Shown here: positions 12,170 to 37,458 of the stretch, piece by piece
Position numbering within the stretch: position 1 is the first letter of the stretch
Layout of the letters: every line of letters begins with the position of its first letter
DNA from: Scyliorhinus canicula
Lineage: Eukaryota
Assembly: GCF_902713615.1 (NCBI RefSeq)
Contig: NC_052160.1
Span: 139,914,737-139,978,736, forward strand
Direction: 5' to 3'
Length of the DNA: 64,000 nt
The notes under the pieces: generated by a model
Databases searched by the model: none
Told to the model about the DNA's origin: nothing
The model's input: the letters and a program-made list of their open reading frames with translations, nothing else
Program-made: the position numbers and the translations under genes

Positions 12170-12840
12170 AAATTAATTTACGGGATGTGGGCGTCGCTGG
12201 CTAGGCCAGCATTTATTGCCCATCCCTAGTTGTCCTTCAGAAGGTGATGGTGAGCTGCCTTCTTGAATCTCTGCAGTCCTTGAGGTGTAGGTTCATCCAC
12301 CGTGCTGTTAGGGAGGGAGTTCCAGGATATTGACCTAGCGACAGTGAAGGAACGGCGATATATTTCCAAGTCAGTATGGTGAGTGACTTGGAGGGGAACT
12401 TCCAGGTGGTACTGTTCCAATGTATCTGCGACCCTTGTCCTTGTAGATGGTAGAGGTCATGGGTTTGGAAGGTGCTGCCAAATGAGTCGTGGTGAGTTCC
12501 TGCATTGGATCTTGTAGATGGTACACATGTCTGCTGCTGTGTGTCGGTGGTAGAGGGAGCAAACGTTTGTAGAAGGGGTGACAATCAAGTGGGCTGCTTT
12601 GACCTGGATGGTGTTGAGCTTCTTGAGTGTTGTTGGAACTGCACTCATCCAGGCAAGTGGGGAGTATTCCATCACATTCCTGACTTGCGCCTTGTAGGCA
12701 GTGGACAGGCTTTGGGGAGTCAGGAGGTGAGTTACTTGCTGCAGGATTCCTAGCCTCTGACCTGCCCTTGTAGCCACAGTATTTATATGGCCAGTCCAGT
12801 TCATTTTGTGGTCAGTGGTAACCCCCAGGATGTTGATAGT
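12170..12840 (-). mobile_element. 3' part of an L2/CR1-group LINE
   Basis: RT C-terminus LGVT.D.KMNW..HI....RAGQRLGIL...AYKAQVR.VMEY; related pieces near 18920-19420 and 23480-23960. Confidence 0.8.
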
Positions 12841-13689
12841 TTGGGCTAGTTTCTCTAGCCAGCAACTCTGTAGAATTAAAGCTGTTATCAATATAGGTGG
12901 TCTTACTAAGCAGATGAAATAAGCAAAATCAAGACAGCACAGGTCACTTGAGTGTAGCTAGTCATGGGGTGTGAATTTTGGAACTAGGTAAGTAAGGGAA
13001 ATCAGTGCGCTGAGGGAGGAGGGGTACAGGTAAAAAACCTGGTGAGCAGATCACTCATTTATTTTTCAAAATGTGCAAAATCTATTATTGTAAGTTTTCA
13101 TAATAAGGTTTATTAGCAGTAGTGAAATTTATCGGGAGTAGTATGGTTTATTAAGTATAAAATGATAAAGAAAATAACCCTAAATTAAATACCATATAAT
13201 TTAGACAGCAGGTGAAGTGTTGCGATTGCAAAATGTGGGTGTTCCTTGGCACCAGTGTGGCCCAAAGGGCAAACACACCTGTCAAAAGTGTCAATGGCTT
13301 CAGGAGCTTCATCTTGGATTCATTGAGCTGGTAGAGGCAGAGCAACACCCGTGATGTATCAGAGAGGGGGAAAGTTACTCAAGCACTTTATTCCATGAGG
13401 TGGTCACACCTCTTTGGTTCAGGTCTTCTGATAGCACTACAGTCTCACAGCGCCAAGGTCCCAGGTTCGATGTGGAGTTTGCACATTCTCTCCGCGTCTG
13501 CGTGGGTTTCGTCCCCACAACACAAAGATGTGCAGGGTAGGTGGGACTGGCCATGCTAAATTGCCCCTCAATTGAAAAAATTGAATTGGCTGCTCTAAAT
13601 TTATTTTCTTCAAAATGAAGACATAACAATAATAATAATCTTTATCAGTGTCGCAAGTAGGCTTAAATTAACACTGCAATTAAGTTACT

Positions 13690-14037
13690 GCAAAACTCAA
13701 GAGAAACCGCTTGACCCTCAAGGTGGAAGCAGCTCTCTCTCCCTCTGCTCTGCTGACTATGACCTGAAGGAAGCAGCTTCTAGACCCTAAGAGAAGAAGC
13801 TGCCTACTTCTCTCTCTCGCTCTCTCTCTCCGTCTCTCTCTCTCTATCTCTCGCTCTCTCTGTCTGCCTGCTATTCCTGTGAGCCGACAGCAAAAACCAT
13901 TACAAGCTGAAAGAAAAGGTAACTTACCTGAAAGGTGAGACTGAAGAAGAAACTAACTGGGAGACGTCCATCCGACACAAAGCGTCGTATCCTTTTACTC
14001 TCATCATTATATTGCACCCCTCTTTCCCCTCTGTGTT

Positions 14038-14068
<31 letters not shown>

Positions 14069-14332
14069 GAAGGTTGGGGCAAGTTATAAGTGGAGGGGGG
14101 GTGAGTTAGAGATTAGTTAGTAGTTAACCAGCTGTATTTGTTGCCTATTTAATTATTGTTACTGTCAACGATAAAAAGTTAATTGTGCTTAAATTTACAA
14201 ACCTGGTGACTGTAGTTTTTGGGCAGCCGAAGACCTCGGGTGATTCAAAATAAAAGTGAATTTAAACCGTACTGCGACTCTGGGTCAAGTGGGGCTGGAC
14301 ACTCCCTCACACTAGCCCAGGGTGTTGTAACA
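13690..14332 (+). mobile_element. LTR-like fragment with (CT)n and (GT)n tracts
   Basis: Ends GTTGTAACA, contains AATAAA; 5' end not identified. Confidence 0.45.
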
Positions 14333-14334
14333 CA

Positions 14335-16385
14335 GTGGATTGGAAAGTAAATAATGTAACTCTTTTATTGAAGAAAGGAAGCAGGCAGGAAGCTGGTAAC
14401 CACAGGCCAGTTAACCTAACGTCTGTCCCGGGGAAATTTCTCGGAAATTATTAAGAAGGCTATGTCAGGACACAGAGAAAGTAATAATCTAATTTGGATG
14501 TTCACTCGGCAGTTAGGAAGGCAAATGCAATGTGCGCATTCATTTCGAGAGGGCTCGAATACAAGGGCAGGGATGTACTGCTGAGTCTGTATAAGCCTCT
14601 GGTCAGACCCCATTTGGGAGTATTGTGAGCAGTTTTGGGCCCCATATCTAAGGAAGGAAGTTCTGGCCTTGGAAAGGATCCAGACGAGGTTCTCAAAAAT
14701 GATCCCTGAAATGAATAGCTTGTGGTATGAGGAACGGTTGAGGACTCTGGGTCTGTACTTGTTGGAGCTTAGAAGGTTGAGGGGAGATCTTATTGAAACT
14801 TTAAAGATACTGCGAGGCCTGGATAGTGTGGGCGTGGAGGAGATGTTTCCACTTGTAGGAAAAACTTGAATCAGAGGACACCATCTCAAACTAAAGGGAC
14901 AATCCTTTAAAACAAGAAGAAATCTCTTCAGCCAGAGGGGGGGGGTGAATCTGTGGAACTCTTTGCCGCAAAAGGCTGTGGAGGCCAAAACACTGAGTGT
15001 CTTTAAGACAAGAGATGATTAGGTTCCTGATTGACAAAGGAATCAGGGCTTATGGGGAGAAGGCAGGAGAATGGGGATGAGAAAAATATCAGCCATGATT
15101 GAATGGCGGAGCAGGCTCGATATGCCGAGTGGCCTAATTCTGCTCCTATGTCTTATGGTCTTATGGTCTTATGGTAGAGTCGACATGCGCTTGTGAAATG
15201 GAAATCATGTTTAGCTCATTTGGGTGAGTTTTTTAAAGAAATTAACAAGCAAGGTAGATAAAGGAGGACCTGCAGATGTGCTTTACTTGGATTTCCTAAA
15301 GGCATCTGATAAAGTGCCACAACAAAGGTCACACCACACAATAAGGAAACATATTATCAGGGTTACAAATTAGCCAGCTAACAAGAAGCAGAGAGTGGGG
15401 ATAAATGTATATTTTTCGGGTTGGCAAAGCAGTGGAATGCAACAGGGATAAGTGCTGGGGCCTCAATGGTTTACAATCTACCTCAATGATTTGGATGAAG
15501 GAACCAAAGGTGTGCTAGCAAATTTACAGAGGGGGCAGAGAGTTTTCAAAGAGATATGCACTGGTTAAATAAGTGGGCAAAGAATTGAGAGGTGGAGTGT
15601 AATGTGGGAAAATCTAAACTTGCTCACTTGGGCAGGAAGAATAAAGAAGCAGAATGCTATTTAAATGGAGGGAGATTTCAAAACTGAGCAGTACAGGGGG
15701 ATCTGGGTGTCCTGGTAAACAAATCACAAAATGTTAGTCGGCAGGTGCAGCAAGAGATGAGGAAGGTAAATGGAATGTTGCCGTTTATTGAATGAGGAAT
15801 GGAATAGAAAAGTAGGGGATTTTTCCTACAGGGCCTTTGCGAGACCACATTTGGACTACTGTGTGTAGTTTTGGCCTCCTTATTGAATAAGGATATCAAT
15901 GCATTAGAAGCTGCACAGAGAGGGTTCACTGGACTCTTTCCTGGGATGAAGGGCTTATCCTGTGAAGAAAGGTTGAATCGGTTGTGTCCATACTTGGAGT
16001 TTAGAGAATGAAAGGTGATATTATTGAAACATATCAGATCTGGAAAGGGCTTGCAAGGCTTCGTACAATGAGGATCTTTTCACTTTTGGGGCAACGAGAA
16101 CAAGGGGACAGAGTTTAAGGATAAGAGGTCTCCCTTTTAAGACTGAAGACTTTTTTCCTCTCAAGGGGTCATTAGTCTGTGGAATCCTCTTCCGCAGGGA
16201 GCTCTGGGGGCTCTGTATTCTATACAGAGATTGACAGGTTTTTTTAATAGACAAGGGAGTCAAGGGTCATAAGGCAGACAAGAGAGTGAGATTGAGATCA
16301 CAACCAGTTCAGCCATGATCTTATTGAAGATGGAGCAGGTTTGAAGGGCCGAATGGCCTATTCCTGCTCCCATGTCCTCTGTTCC
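14335..16385 (+). mobile_element. Degenerate CR1 RT/3' fragments (younger copy about 14495-15175 nested in an older one)
   Basis: ERIQ.RF.KMIP...YEERLRTLGL and (TTATGGTC)n tail. Confidence 0.82.
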
Positions 16386-16549
16386 ATTGTTCACTGTGTA
16401 CAGTTTGAGCTTGAGCTGCAACGGTCACCAAATCCAGAAATGAGAAGTCGAACATCACAAAGTCACAGAAATGACAGAAAGGAAGACATTTTATGAAAAT
16501 TCGAACATTATAGTGGAATGTAGCAGAGAAGCAACTTGAGACACAACAT

Positions 16550-16885
16550 AGGGGCCTCACGGTAGCATGGTGGTTAGCATCAATGCTTCACAGCTCCAGG
16601 GTCCCAGGTTCGATTCCCGGCTGGGTCACTGTCTGTGTGGAGTCTGCACATCCTCCCCGTGTGTGCGTGGGTTTCCTCCGGGTACTCCGGTTTCCTCCCA
16701 CAGTCCAAAGATGTGCGGGTTAGGTGGATTGGCCATGCTAAATTGCCCGTAGTGTAAGGTTAATGGGGGGAATTGTTGGGTTACGGGTATACGGGTTACG
16801 TGGGTTTAAGTAGGGTGATCATTGCTCGGCACAACATCGAGGGCCGAAGGGCCTGTTCTGTGCTGTACTGTTCTAATTCTAATTC
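16550..16885 (+). mobile_element. V-SINE with CR1-type 3' tail
   Basis: tRNA head, V-core, GAGGGCCGAAGGGCCTGTTCTGTGCTGTACTGTTCT tail. Other V-SINE copies near 13430, 18280-18535, 22175-22490, 26365-26577, 32070-32290, 34380-34680, 34752-34990, 36695-37045, 44540-44755, 47450-47785, 48585-48965, 52200-52490, 61477-61830, 62015-62310 and 62556-62780. Confidence 0.88.
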
Positions 16886-17270
16886 TAAATACTCGGTGCA
16901 GCATGTTGCAGAGGAACAGGTGACTTTAGATTTATGGGAATTGGGTCACGTCGCATCCATTTTATACCTGCAGAGGTAAGGTAAAAAGGCCTAATTTTAA
17001 TGTCTGATATTCTGTGTCCCAAGGAGGTCTGAATAAATGTGCCGCCTGATATCGGGGCAGGTAATGTATCAAAGTTGTTCCTGGTGGTCGCTTAAAACAA
17101 ATGGCAAGTCCCATCCATATGCAAAAGAAATGGGACAATCTCAGGCAGCTGGCGAAGATTATTCAGAGGAGGCCGGAGGCTTAATGTGTTTGTAAATTAA
17201 GTGAAGTGCAGCCCACCATCAGAGCGAATGAAGACACTGACAACAGTGATATGCTTGCAATTCATCTGAG

Positions 17271-17276
17271 TTTATT
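17271..17276 (-). terminator. Candidate polyadenylation signal of gene A
   Basis: AATAAA on the minus strand about 490 nt after the stop; an ATTAAA at 17462-17467 is an alternative. Confidence 0.4.
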
Positions 17277-17765
17277 GTCATTACATTCCTTAAGAAAGAA
17301 AGAAAAGTTCCCCAGTAATGACTTGAATAAAATACCTGGTGTACACCAGAGATGAAACTTCATGACACAGTCTTAGGAAAAATCAAAATGCCGGTAACTG
17401 TCACAATCTGTTTAGAAACTGGCAGAGTGGATTTCCCGGCCAACATTAACCGGGAAAATTCTTTAATGATGGGCAAAGCCACAAACCAACTTGCCAGCTG
17501 AGATGCGAAGGCAACGGCCATGAAATCATGTGAAGGTTCTTGATCGGCGACTTGACGAACGATGAACACTTCTGTTCATGGCGGACGGAGAAATTTCATG
17601 TCTGACATATTCAAAATCACGAGGGGTCTGGACAGAGTAGATGGGGGAAATTGTCCCCTATCACAAGAGGATCGAGAAGGAGAGGGAACATATTTAAAAT
17701 CATTGGTAAATGAAGGAAAAGCTTTACTTGAAGTTGTACTTTAAATGAAATCCTGGAAGATTAAA

Positions 17766-30060
<12,295 letters not shown>

Positions 30061-30112
30061 CTTGTCAGGTACCTGTCCAGGTGTCTGTGACATTTGTGAA
30101 CATTCAGGCCCA

Positions 30113-30119
30113 TTTTATA
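30113..30119 (-). promoter_or_regulatory. TATA box of gene A
   Basis: TATAAAA on the minus strand about 55 nt upstream of the ATG. Confidence 0.75.
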
Positions 30120-32559
30120 CTGTTCTGCATCGACCTCTGTCATTGTTCAAAAGTCAAATAATGTAGATTGTTAAAGATATCACAAGATCATCGTAACTAA
30201 GTCCTGATGTAAGGGCACACAGATTGCACCTTATATTTAATAATCACCAGCTGATATTTTGGTGATTAGACATTGTAGGTGTCAAGCTTAAAGAGTAAGA
30301 ACTGATAAGAAGACCATGTGTATATTTGTAAAGTGAGATAACATTGAGTTCTTGTGGTCTGAACTTGTTCCATAAGCTGGTCACATTTAGCTCTTGGAAT
30401 GTACGATTATAGAAACCTGGAACATGTTTCAAGCACAAGGTACATAGGTGGCAGATTGTTCCCTATTTAAAAAAAGATTTAAAAGAAAAATAGCTGCATT
30501 TTATAGCATCTTTTGTCTCAGCCAATTTCTTACATTTGGGCAAAGTCACTCTTGTAATGTCAGAAACATGGGAGCCAATTTGTACACAGCAAGATCCAGC
30601 AGGAAATGTTAAAGAAAATGATATTCCTGTCTCAGAATTACAAAGTCAATGTGCAGAATGGATGGGGAAAGCCCCTAATCCATCTCCTTGCTTTCTCCAG
30701 TTCAAATTCTACATGGAATCCACTTCATGGTCCCCACAAAAGAAACATGCTCGGTCCAAGCTGACAAGGACAAGGTGTTGGCCTCTTGGCGGAGAGCAAC
30801 ATCTCAGAAAGATGGCACAACATGCACATTGACACGCATGCTGCAGCCTGGAGCTATGCATGGTGATAGACGTAGACATAGAATTTACAGTGCAGAAGGA
30901 GGCCATTCGGCCCATCGAGTCTGCAGCGGCCCTTGGAAAGAGCCGAGTGATGGTAAAGGATCCAATTTCTTTCCAACACATGGCTGACCAGACATCTCTC
31001 TCACTTTGCCTTTGCTGTGTGTGAGAATGATTTACCAAATTGACAATTGACCTGTTTTGGCCACATTATGAATGCACCGTCCTCAAACCTCACGTCCCGG
31101 AGTGGGAACTAAAACCAGAGCCTCAGACTCGGAGGCAGGGACACAGCCCCCTGCCCCACACGGTCTCCATTCCTAGTCAGCTATCTGAAGTTATTTCCAA
31201 CTCTGAAGTTCCCCGAAAAGAGCTGGATTGCTCATGATCAAAATTGTCCTCTCACAAAGTCATTCCACCAATTATTCTCCCATGTTCCCGATGCACCGCG
31301 ATAGATGAGTGATTTGCATTTGAGAGAAATTACCAATCCACTTTTATATGTCTCCGGTCTCATTAATTCTTCATTTTAATTTCACTTTCTAATCACAGGT
31401 CTGGGTGAGTTAAAGCAAATGTAGCCCAGGAAGGAAGGATTGATTATATTCCGCCAATAGTTTTTTTCAAATGACACAACCAACCAAAGTTCGATTTAAA
31501 AACCAAATTAAATCACAAAGTACGTCGAGTGTTTAATTCTCCTGATGTCTTGATCAACATTCTTCCCTCAACCATCCCCATTAAAAATAGATTGTCCATT
31601 TGTTAATTTGCTGTTAATGGGATCTTTCTGGGGCGGGATTACTGGCTGCATCTGTGTGTGTGTGACGACAGCGACTGCATTTCAGAAAACAATTAATTGG
31701 CTGGGAAACAATTTGACAAACCCTGAGGATGTGATAAATTGGCAGGTAAATTTAAATCCTTTCATTTTGGGCAGTTAACAGTTTGGTAAAATCTCCACCA
31801 GTAAAGTTAGTGAAACTTAGTGCAAGTGAGCACTGTCCCCTCTTGCCGATAATTGTCCAAATTGGACTCTAAGGGACATGGTGGGAGAGGAAAAGGACGA
31901 GTTTTCTGCCAGCTGTATTGGTGGATGTTGGTGCTGTATAGTTCGTTGCACAGCTCATTAAATACTCATCCGTGGGAAAAGTACGCTGCCAGGTCGCTTC
32001 TGATTGTCTCACCATGCTGGGACCTCACCACTGCATCGCTCCGGGCGCCATAGTTAAAGCTTAATCACGCGAGGGCGGCACGGTGGCGTAGTGAGTAACA
32101 CAGCAGCCTCACGGTGCAGAGGTCCCAGGTTCGATCCCGGCTCTGGGTCACTGTCCGTGTGGAGTTTGCGCAATCTCTCCATGTTTGCGTGGGTTTCGCC
32201 CCCACAACCCAAAGATGTGCAGGGTCGGTGGATTGGCCACACTAAATTGCCCCTTCATTGGAAAAAGGAATTGGGTACTCTAAATTTATCAGAACAAAGC
32301 TTAATCGCGCACACCAGGACTGAAGCAGAGCGAGGAGATAGCCTCAGAGCCAGTCAGCCACTGACATAGAATTTCATGGAGGCAGTGACTTTCACCACAC
32401 TGGCAACAGATGCCCTCCCGGTCCCCCGTGGCGCCAAGTCACGAAGAATGTGGTATATGTGAGCAACTAGGTCACTGGACAAGTGGAGGCATTGGCGACA
32501 TTGTCTCTCGCATATCTGGAGGAAAGACAATAGCATCCTGTGCGCACTGGGCCTTGCAG

Positions 32560-32790
32560 GGGCTGGTTTAGCTCACTGGGCTAAATCACTGTGCGCACTG
32601 GGCCTTGCAGGGGCTGGTTTAGCCCACTGGGCTAAATCGCTAGCTTTTAAAGCAGACCAAGCAGGCCAGCAGCACGGTTCGATTCCCGTACCAGCCTCCC
32701 CGGACAGGCGCCGGAATGTGGCGACTAGGGGCTTTTCACAGTAACTTCATTGAAGCCTACTGGTGACAATAAGCGATTTTCATTTCATGA
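32560..32790 (+). mobile_element. Short tRNA-derived SINE with 51-bp junction duplication
   Basis: GGGGCTGGTTTAGCTCA...GGTTCGATTCCC, (TTTCA)n tail; other copies about 36160-36340 (-), 45635-45818 (+) and 49090-49262 (-). Confidence 0.8.
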
Positions 32791-33354
32791 ACGATGTTTC
32801 CGAGGGCCTCAACCACATGTGGCATGTGGATGGATCCTCTGCTGCCCCCTGCTCCGGAGGGTGAATGTCCTGTTTTTGGCGGGCCAGGTATTGCCACCGT
32901 CATCTACTTCTCCTTCTCTCCTGACTGCATTCAATAATGGTGGTTAAATCAATGCAGCATCCATCTCCTTGATTGGTCTTCTCCCTGCAGCACACATAAG
33001 AGAAAGGCCTGAGTCAGCATGAGGCTCCAAAGGTCTATTTCTTCCCGTGATGACCAACCAGTCACTGGTAGATTAAGGACCTGGTAACAGTGCAGGCAAA
33101 TAATTGCTCTTGAAATCAGGTTGTGCGCATGGTGTGCTTGAACACTATCCTTCCCTCTAGCCCTAAGATAAGGGCACTGGACTCTTTTCCATTTGATGTT
33201 GTGCCAAGTTATGCGATAAATTATGGAGGGTGGGGTCATGGCTGTCATTTTTCATGGATGCGCCTTCTCGCAGAATGATTGTGACCAGCACGTGAGACAT
33301 GACAAGTTGGCCAATTGCTCCTGACTCCCTTCCTGGTCTGTATTATAATCCCAG

Positions 33355-33925
33355 ACCATAAGACCGTAAGACAACGGAGCGGAATTATGCCACTCGGCCC
33401 ATCGAGTCTGCTTCACCATTCAATTATGGCTGATATTTTTCTCATCCCCATTCTCCTGCCTTCTCCCCATAACCCCTGATTCCATTATTAATCAAGAACC
33501 GATCTATCTCTGTCTTAAAGACACTCAGTGAATTGGCCTCCACAGCCTTCTGCGGCAAAGATTTCCACAGATTCACCACCCTCTGGCTGATGAAAGTCTC
33601 CCCATCTCTGTTGTAAAGAATCGTCCCTTTAGTCTGAGATGGTGTCTGGTTTTAGTATTTCCTACAAGTGGAAACATCCTCTCCACGTCCACTCTATCCA
33701 GGCCTCACAATATCCTGTAAGTTTCAATAAGATCCCCCTCTTATCCTTCTAAATTCCCAAGAGTACAGACCCAGAGTTCTCAACCTTTCCTCATACGACA
33801 AGTTCTTAATTCCAGGGATCATTCTTGTGAACCTTCTCTGGACTCTTTCCAAGACCAGCACATCCTTCCTTAGATATGGGGCACAAAACTGCTCACAATA
33901 CTCCAAATGGGGTCTGACCAGACTA
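33355..33925 (-). mobile_element. CR1 3' fragment at the inner edge of the right arm
   Basis: LVRPHLEYCEQF...YEERLRTLGLYS; close relative at 63545-64000. Confidence 0.85.
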
Positions 33926-36900
33926 GGGGATAGCAATAATTTCCAAAACGATATAGATGGGTTGGTGGAATGGGCAATAAAGTGGCAGATGGATTTTAAC
34001 ACAGAGAAGTGTGAGGTCAGCATTTAGGGAGGCCAAACAGTTGTAGGGAGTACACAATAAATGGGAATATACTAAGAGTTGTGGATGAAGTGAGATATCT
34101 TGGTGGACAAGGACACAGGTCACTACAGACAGCAGTTGCAGTAGACAAGGTTGTTAAGAAAGCATATGGACTGCTCTGTTTCATTGGCAGAGGTATAGAA
34201 CATAAAAGTCAGGATATAATGTTGGAATTTTATTTACACTGGTGAGGCACAACTGGAGCATTTGTGGGTAATTCTACAGGAAGGACGTAACTGCTCTGGA
34301 GAGAGTGCAGGAGAAATTCACAAGAATGTTGCCTGGGCTAGCAAAGAGTAGCTATGAGGAGAGATTGGATAGGCAATAATAATTTTTATTATTGTCACAT
34401 GTAGGCTTACAGTAGCACTGCAATTAAGTTATTGTAAAAAGTCCCTAGTTGCCATATTCTGGTGCCTGTTCAGGTACACGGAGGGAGAATTCAGAATGTC
34501 CAATTCACCTAGCAAGCACGTCTTTCGGGACTTGTGGGAGGAAACCGGAGCACCTGGAGGAAACCCACGCAGCCACGGGGAGAACGTGCAGACTTCGAAC
34601 AGACAGCGACCCAAACCGGGAAAGGAACTTGGGACCCTGGTGCTGTGAAACCACAGTGCTAACCATTGTGCTACTGTGCCGTCTTTATTATCCTGGGATC
34701 AAAGAAGGCTGAGGGGTGACTTAATTAAGATGTGCAAAATTATGAGGGGAAGGGGCAGCATGTTGGCACAGTGGTTAGCATTGCTGCCTACGGCGCTGAG
34801 GACCCGGGTTCGAATCCCGGCCCTGGGTCACTGTCTGTGTGGAGATTGCACATTCTCCCCGTGTCTGCGTGGGTTTCGCCCCCACAACCCAAAGATGTGC
34901 AGATTAGGTGGATTGGCCACGTTAAATTGCCCCTTAATTGGAAAATTAAAAAAAAATTTTAATTAAAAATAATTGGGTTCTCTAAATTTATTTTATTTTT
35001 TTAAATTATGAGGGGAAAAGATAGAGTGGACTAGATGAAATAGCTTCCCTTGGCAGAGAATTCTAGAATGGGAAATGGATTCAAGATAAGTGGTCGAAGG
35101 TGTAGAGGGGACATGAGGAAGAACGTTTCTACGCAGAGGGTAGTGGGTGTTTGGATTCGCTGCCAGAGTTGGCGGTGGAAGCAGAGACCCTAAACTCTTT
35201 GAAAAAGTACCTGGATCTGCACCTTAAGTGCTCTAAGATCAGGGCTACTGGCAGGGTGCAGGAAGGTGGGGTGAGAAAGGGCATCTGGGTCTCTTCTGGC
35301 TGGCATGGACAAGATGGGCCAAATGGCCTCCTTCTGTGCTGTAACCTTTCATTGGTTCTATGGTCAATGGATGAGCAACCTGTCCATGACAATGTGGTAC
35401 ATTCAAGGGGGAGTTAACAGGAATGTACCCGTATTTGAGCACGCTATATCAGGGATTCTCTGCATCCGAGAGTATCAGTCCAGATGGTTCTGTTGCTTGT
35501 GCAGTGGCAGGGTGCAAGATATCTGCTCTGGGCTGGGGAGGAACATGTTGGTTGTGTTACACGCTGGCACCAAAGGCACAGATAGGACTAGGAAAGAGGT
35601 TCTACTCAGGGTGTATGAGCAGCAAGGGGGTCAATTAAAAAGTAGAACCTAAAAAGAAATGGGGTGTGATTCTCCATCCCGCTGCACCCTTTCTCTGGTG
35701 CAATGTGCCCCCTCTGGCAGCGGGATTCTCCATTCCTGCAGCCAGCCAATGGGGTTACCCATTGTGGGCAGCCCCAAGCCGTCAGGAAATCCGCGGGCGT
35801 GTGTGCGTTACTGGCAAAATGGAGGATCCCACTGATTGTGAATCCTGTCCATGATCTCTGGATTATTACCTCAGCCACCAGCAAACTGGTGTTGGGTAAA
35901 TCAGATTGGAGAGATGAATGTACGGCTCAAAGATTAGTGTGAGCGAAATGGGTTTTTGATCATGAGGCACTGGCATCCGTCCGGGGGGAAATGGGAGCTG
36001 GACCATTGGGACAGTCTTCACGGAAACCAGGCTGGAACCAGCGTTCTGGTGAGTCATATAACCAAGGTGGCAGAAAGAGCTTGAAACTCAATACTAGGGG
36101 GAAGGAATCATGCCAGAGGCAGTGTAGTAAATCAAAGGGACAACAATTTGGAGAATGAAATGAAATGAAAAATGAAAATCACTTATTGTCACGAGTCGGC
36201 TTCAATGAAGTTACTGTGAAAAGCCCCTAGTCGCCGAGCGCCTGGTACGGGAATCGAACTGTGCTGCTGGCCTGCTTGGTCTACTTTAAAAGCCAGCAAT
36301 TTAGCCTAGTGAGCTAAATCACTAAATCACTAAATCAGCTCACTAGTAGAGTATCCAGGGGAGGGACTGACATACAAACTTAAGAGAGCATCAGCAGCTA
36401 CGGCCGGAGAATTCAAAAATGGCAAAAGGACAGAAATTCTGGCTCTGTATCTGTTGGAGAGGAACGTGCAGATGGTGGTGTTCCAACTCATCAATTGCCC
36501 TTGTCCTTCTAGATGGCAGAGTTTGCCACTTTAGAAGACGTCCTTGAAAAATCCTTGGTGAGTTGCTGCAGGTCATCTTGTCGCGAGAAGACAACGTGGC
36601 CACATTGCGCAGTGGGTGGAGACAGCATCCACCAGGGTGTTTGGGTCATGTGTTTATCGCATCAATGGCTTTCCAAAACGTGTATCAAGTCAATCGGGCA
36701 GCACGGTAGCATTGTGGTTAGCACAATTGCTTCACAGCTCCAGGGTCACAGGTTCGATTCCCGGCTTGGGTCACTGTCTGTGCGGAGTCTGCACATTCTC
36801 CCCGTGTCTGTGTGGGTTTCCTCCAGATGCTCTGGTTTCCTCCCACAGTCCAAAGATGTGTGGGTTAGGTGGATTGGCTATGCTAAATTGCCCATAGTGT

Positions 36901-37186
36901 CCAAAATTGCCCTTAGCGTTGAGTGGGGTTACTGGGTTATGGGGATAGGTTGGAGGTGTGGAGCTTGGGTAGGGTGCTCTTTCCAAGAGCCGGTGCAGAC
37001 TCGATGGGCCGAATGGCCTCCTTCTGCACTGTAAATTCTATGAAAAAATCCAGTCCTTAACAAAGGATTCTGGTGACAAAGACAGCAGGCTCATTCAGAG
37101 CCAACCATTGCATTTCTGACCCTTACAGAACAGAAAAGAGGTTATGGAACTACATGTGGTCTAGTCCAATACATAAATCACTAAAC

Positions 37187-37367
37187 CTTAAACGATTGTT
37201 GATTACAGATTGTGTGCTCCGTGTTTATACCGTCCAGGTGCCATCTCCACACTGTGAGTTTTTCCCACTCAATGGACAACTTACACAGCAGCTGACCTGC
37301 CATATACAAATAAGCTCAATGTCATCCAGACAGTAATTCATTGCTTATCAGTACCTGAGGCAAAATG
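37187..37367. promoter_or_regulatory. Candidate enhancer, 181 bp identical to 6705-6885
   Basis: No mismatches between arms by eye; contains GATA, forkhead, Sox, E-box and GTGGGAA motifs. Confidence 0.5.
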
Positions 37368-37458
37368 TACAAGCTCCAACACCCCAAGTAACTCCACTAA
37401 TCATTTCTCATGGGTTTGTAAATAGAGTTTTGATTTCATTATCGGTTACAATTGCATT

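Noticed and set aside
16550-16630. tRNA genes at SINE heads (also near 939, 32560, 61477)
   Set aside because: The A/B boxes continue into SINE core and tail sequence; these are multi-copy retroposons, not tRNA loci.
37235-37268. PTF1 bipartite E-box/TC-box site
   Set aside because: The 20-nt gap between the boxes does not match the helical-turn spacings I expect for PTF1.
37073-37336. Small ORF duplicated at 6736-6918 as a conserved peptide gene
   Set aside because: Identity is at the nucleotide level with no codon-position bias, splice signals or homology; better explained as regulatory DNA or a conversion tract.
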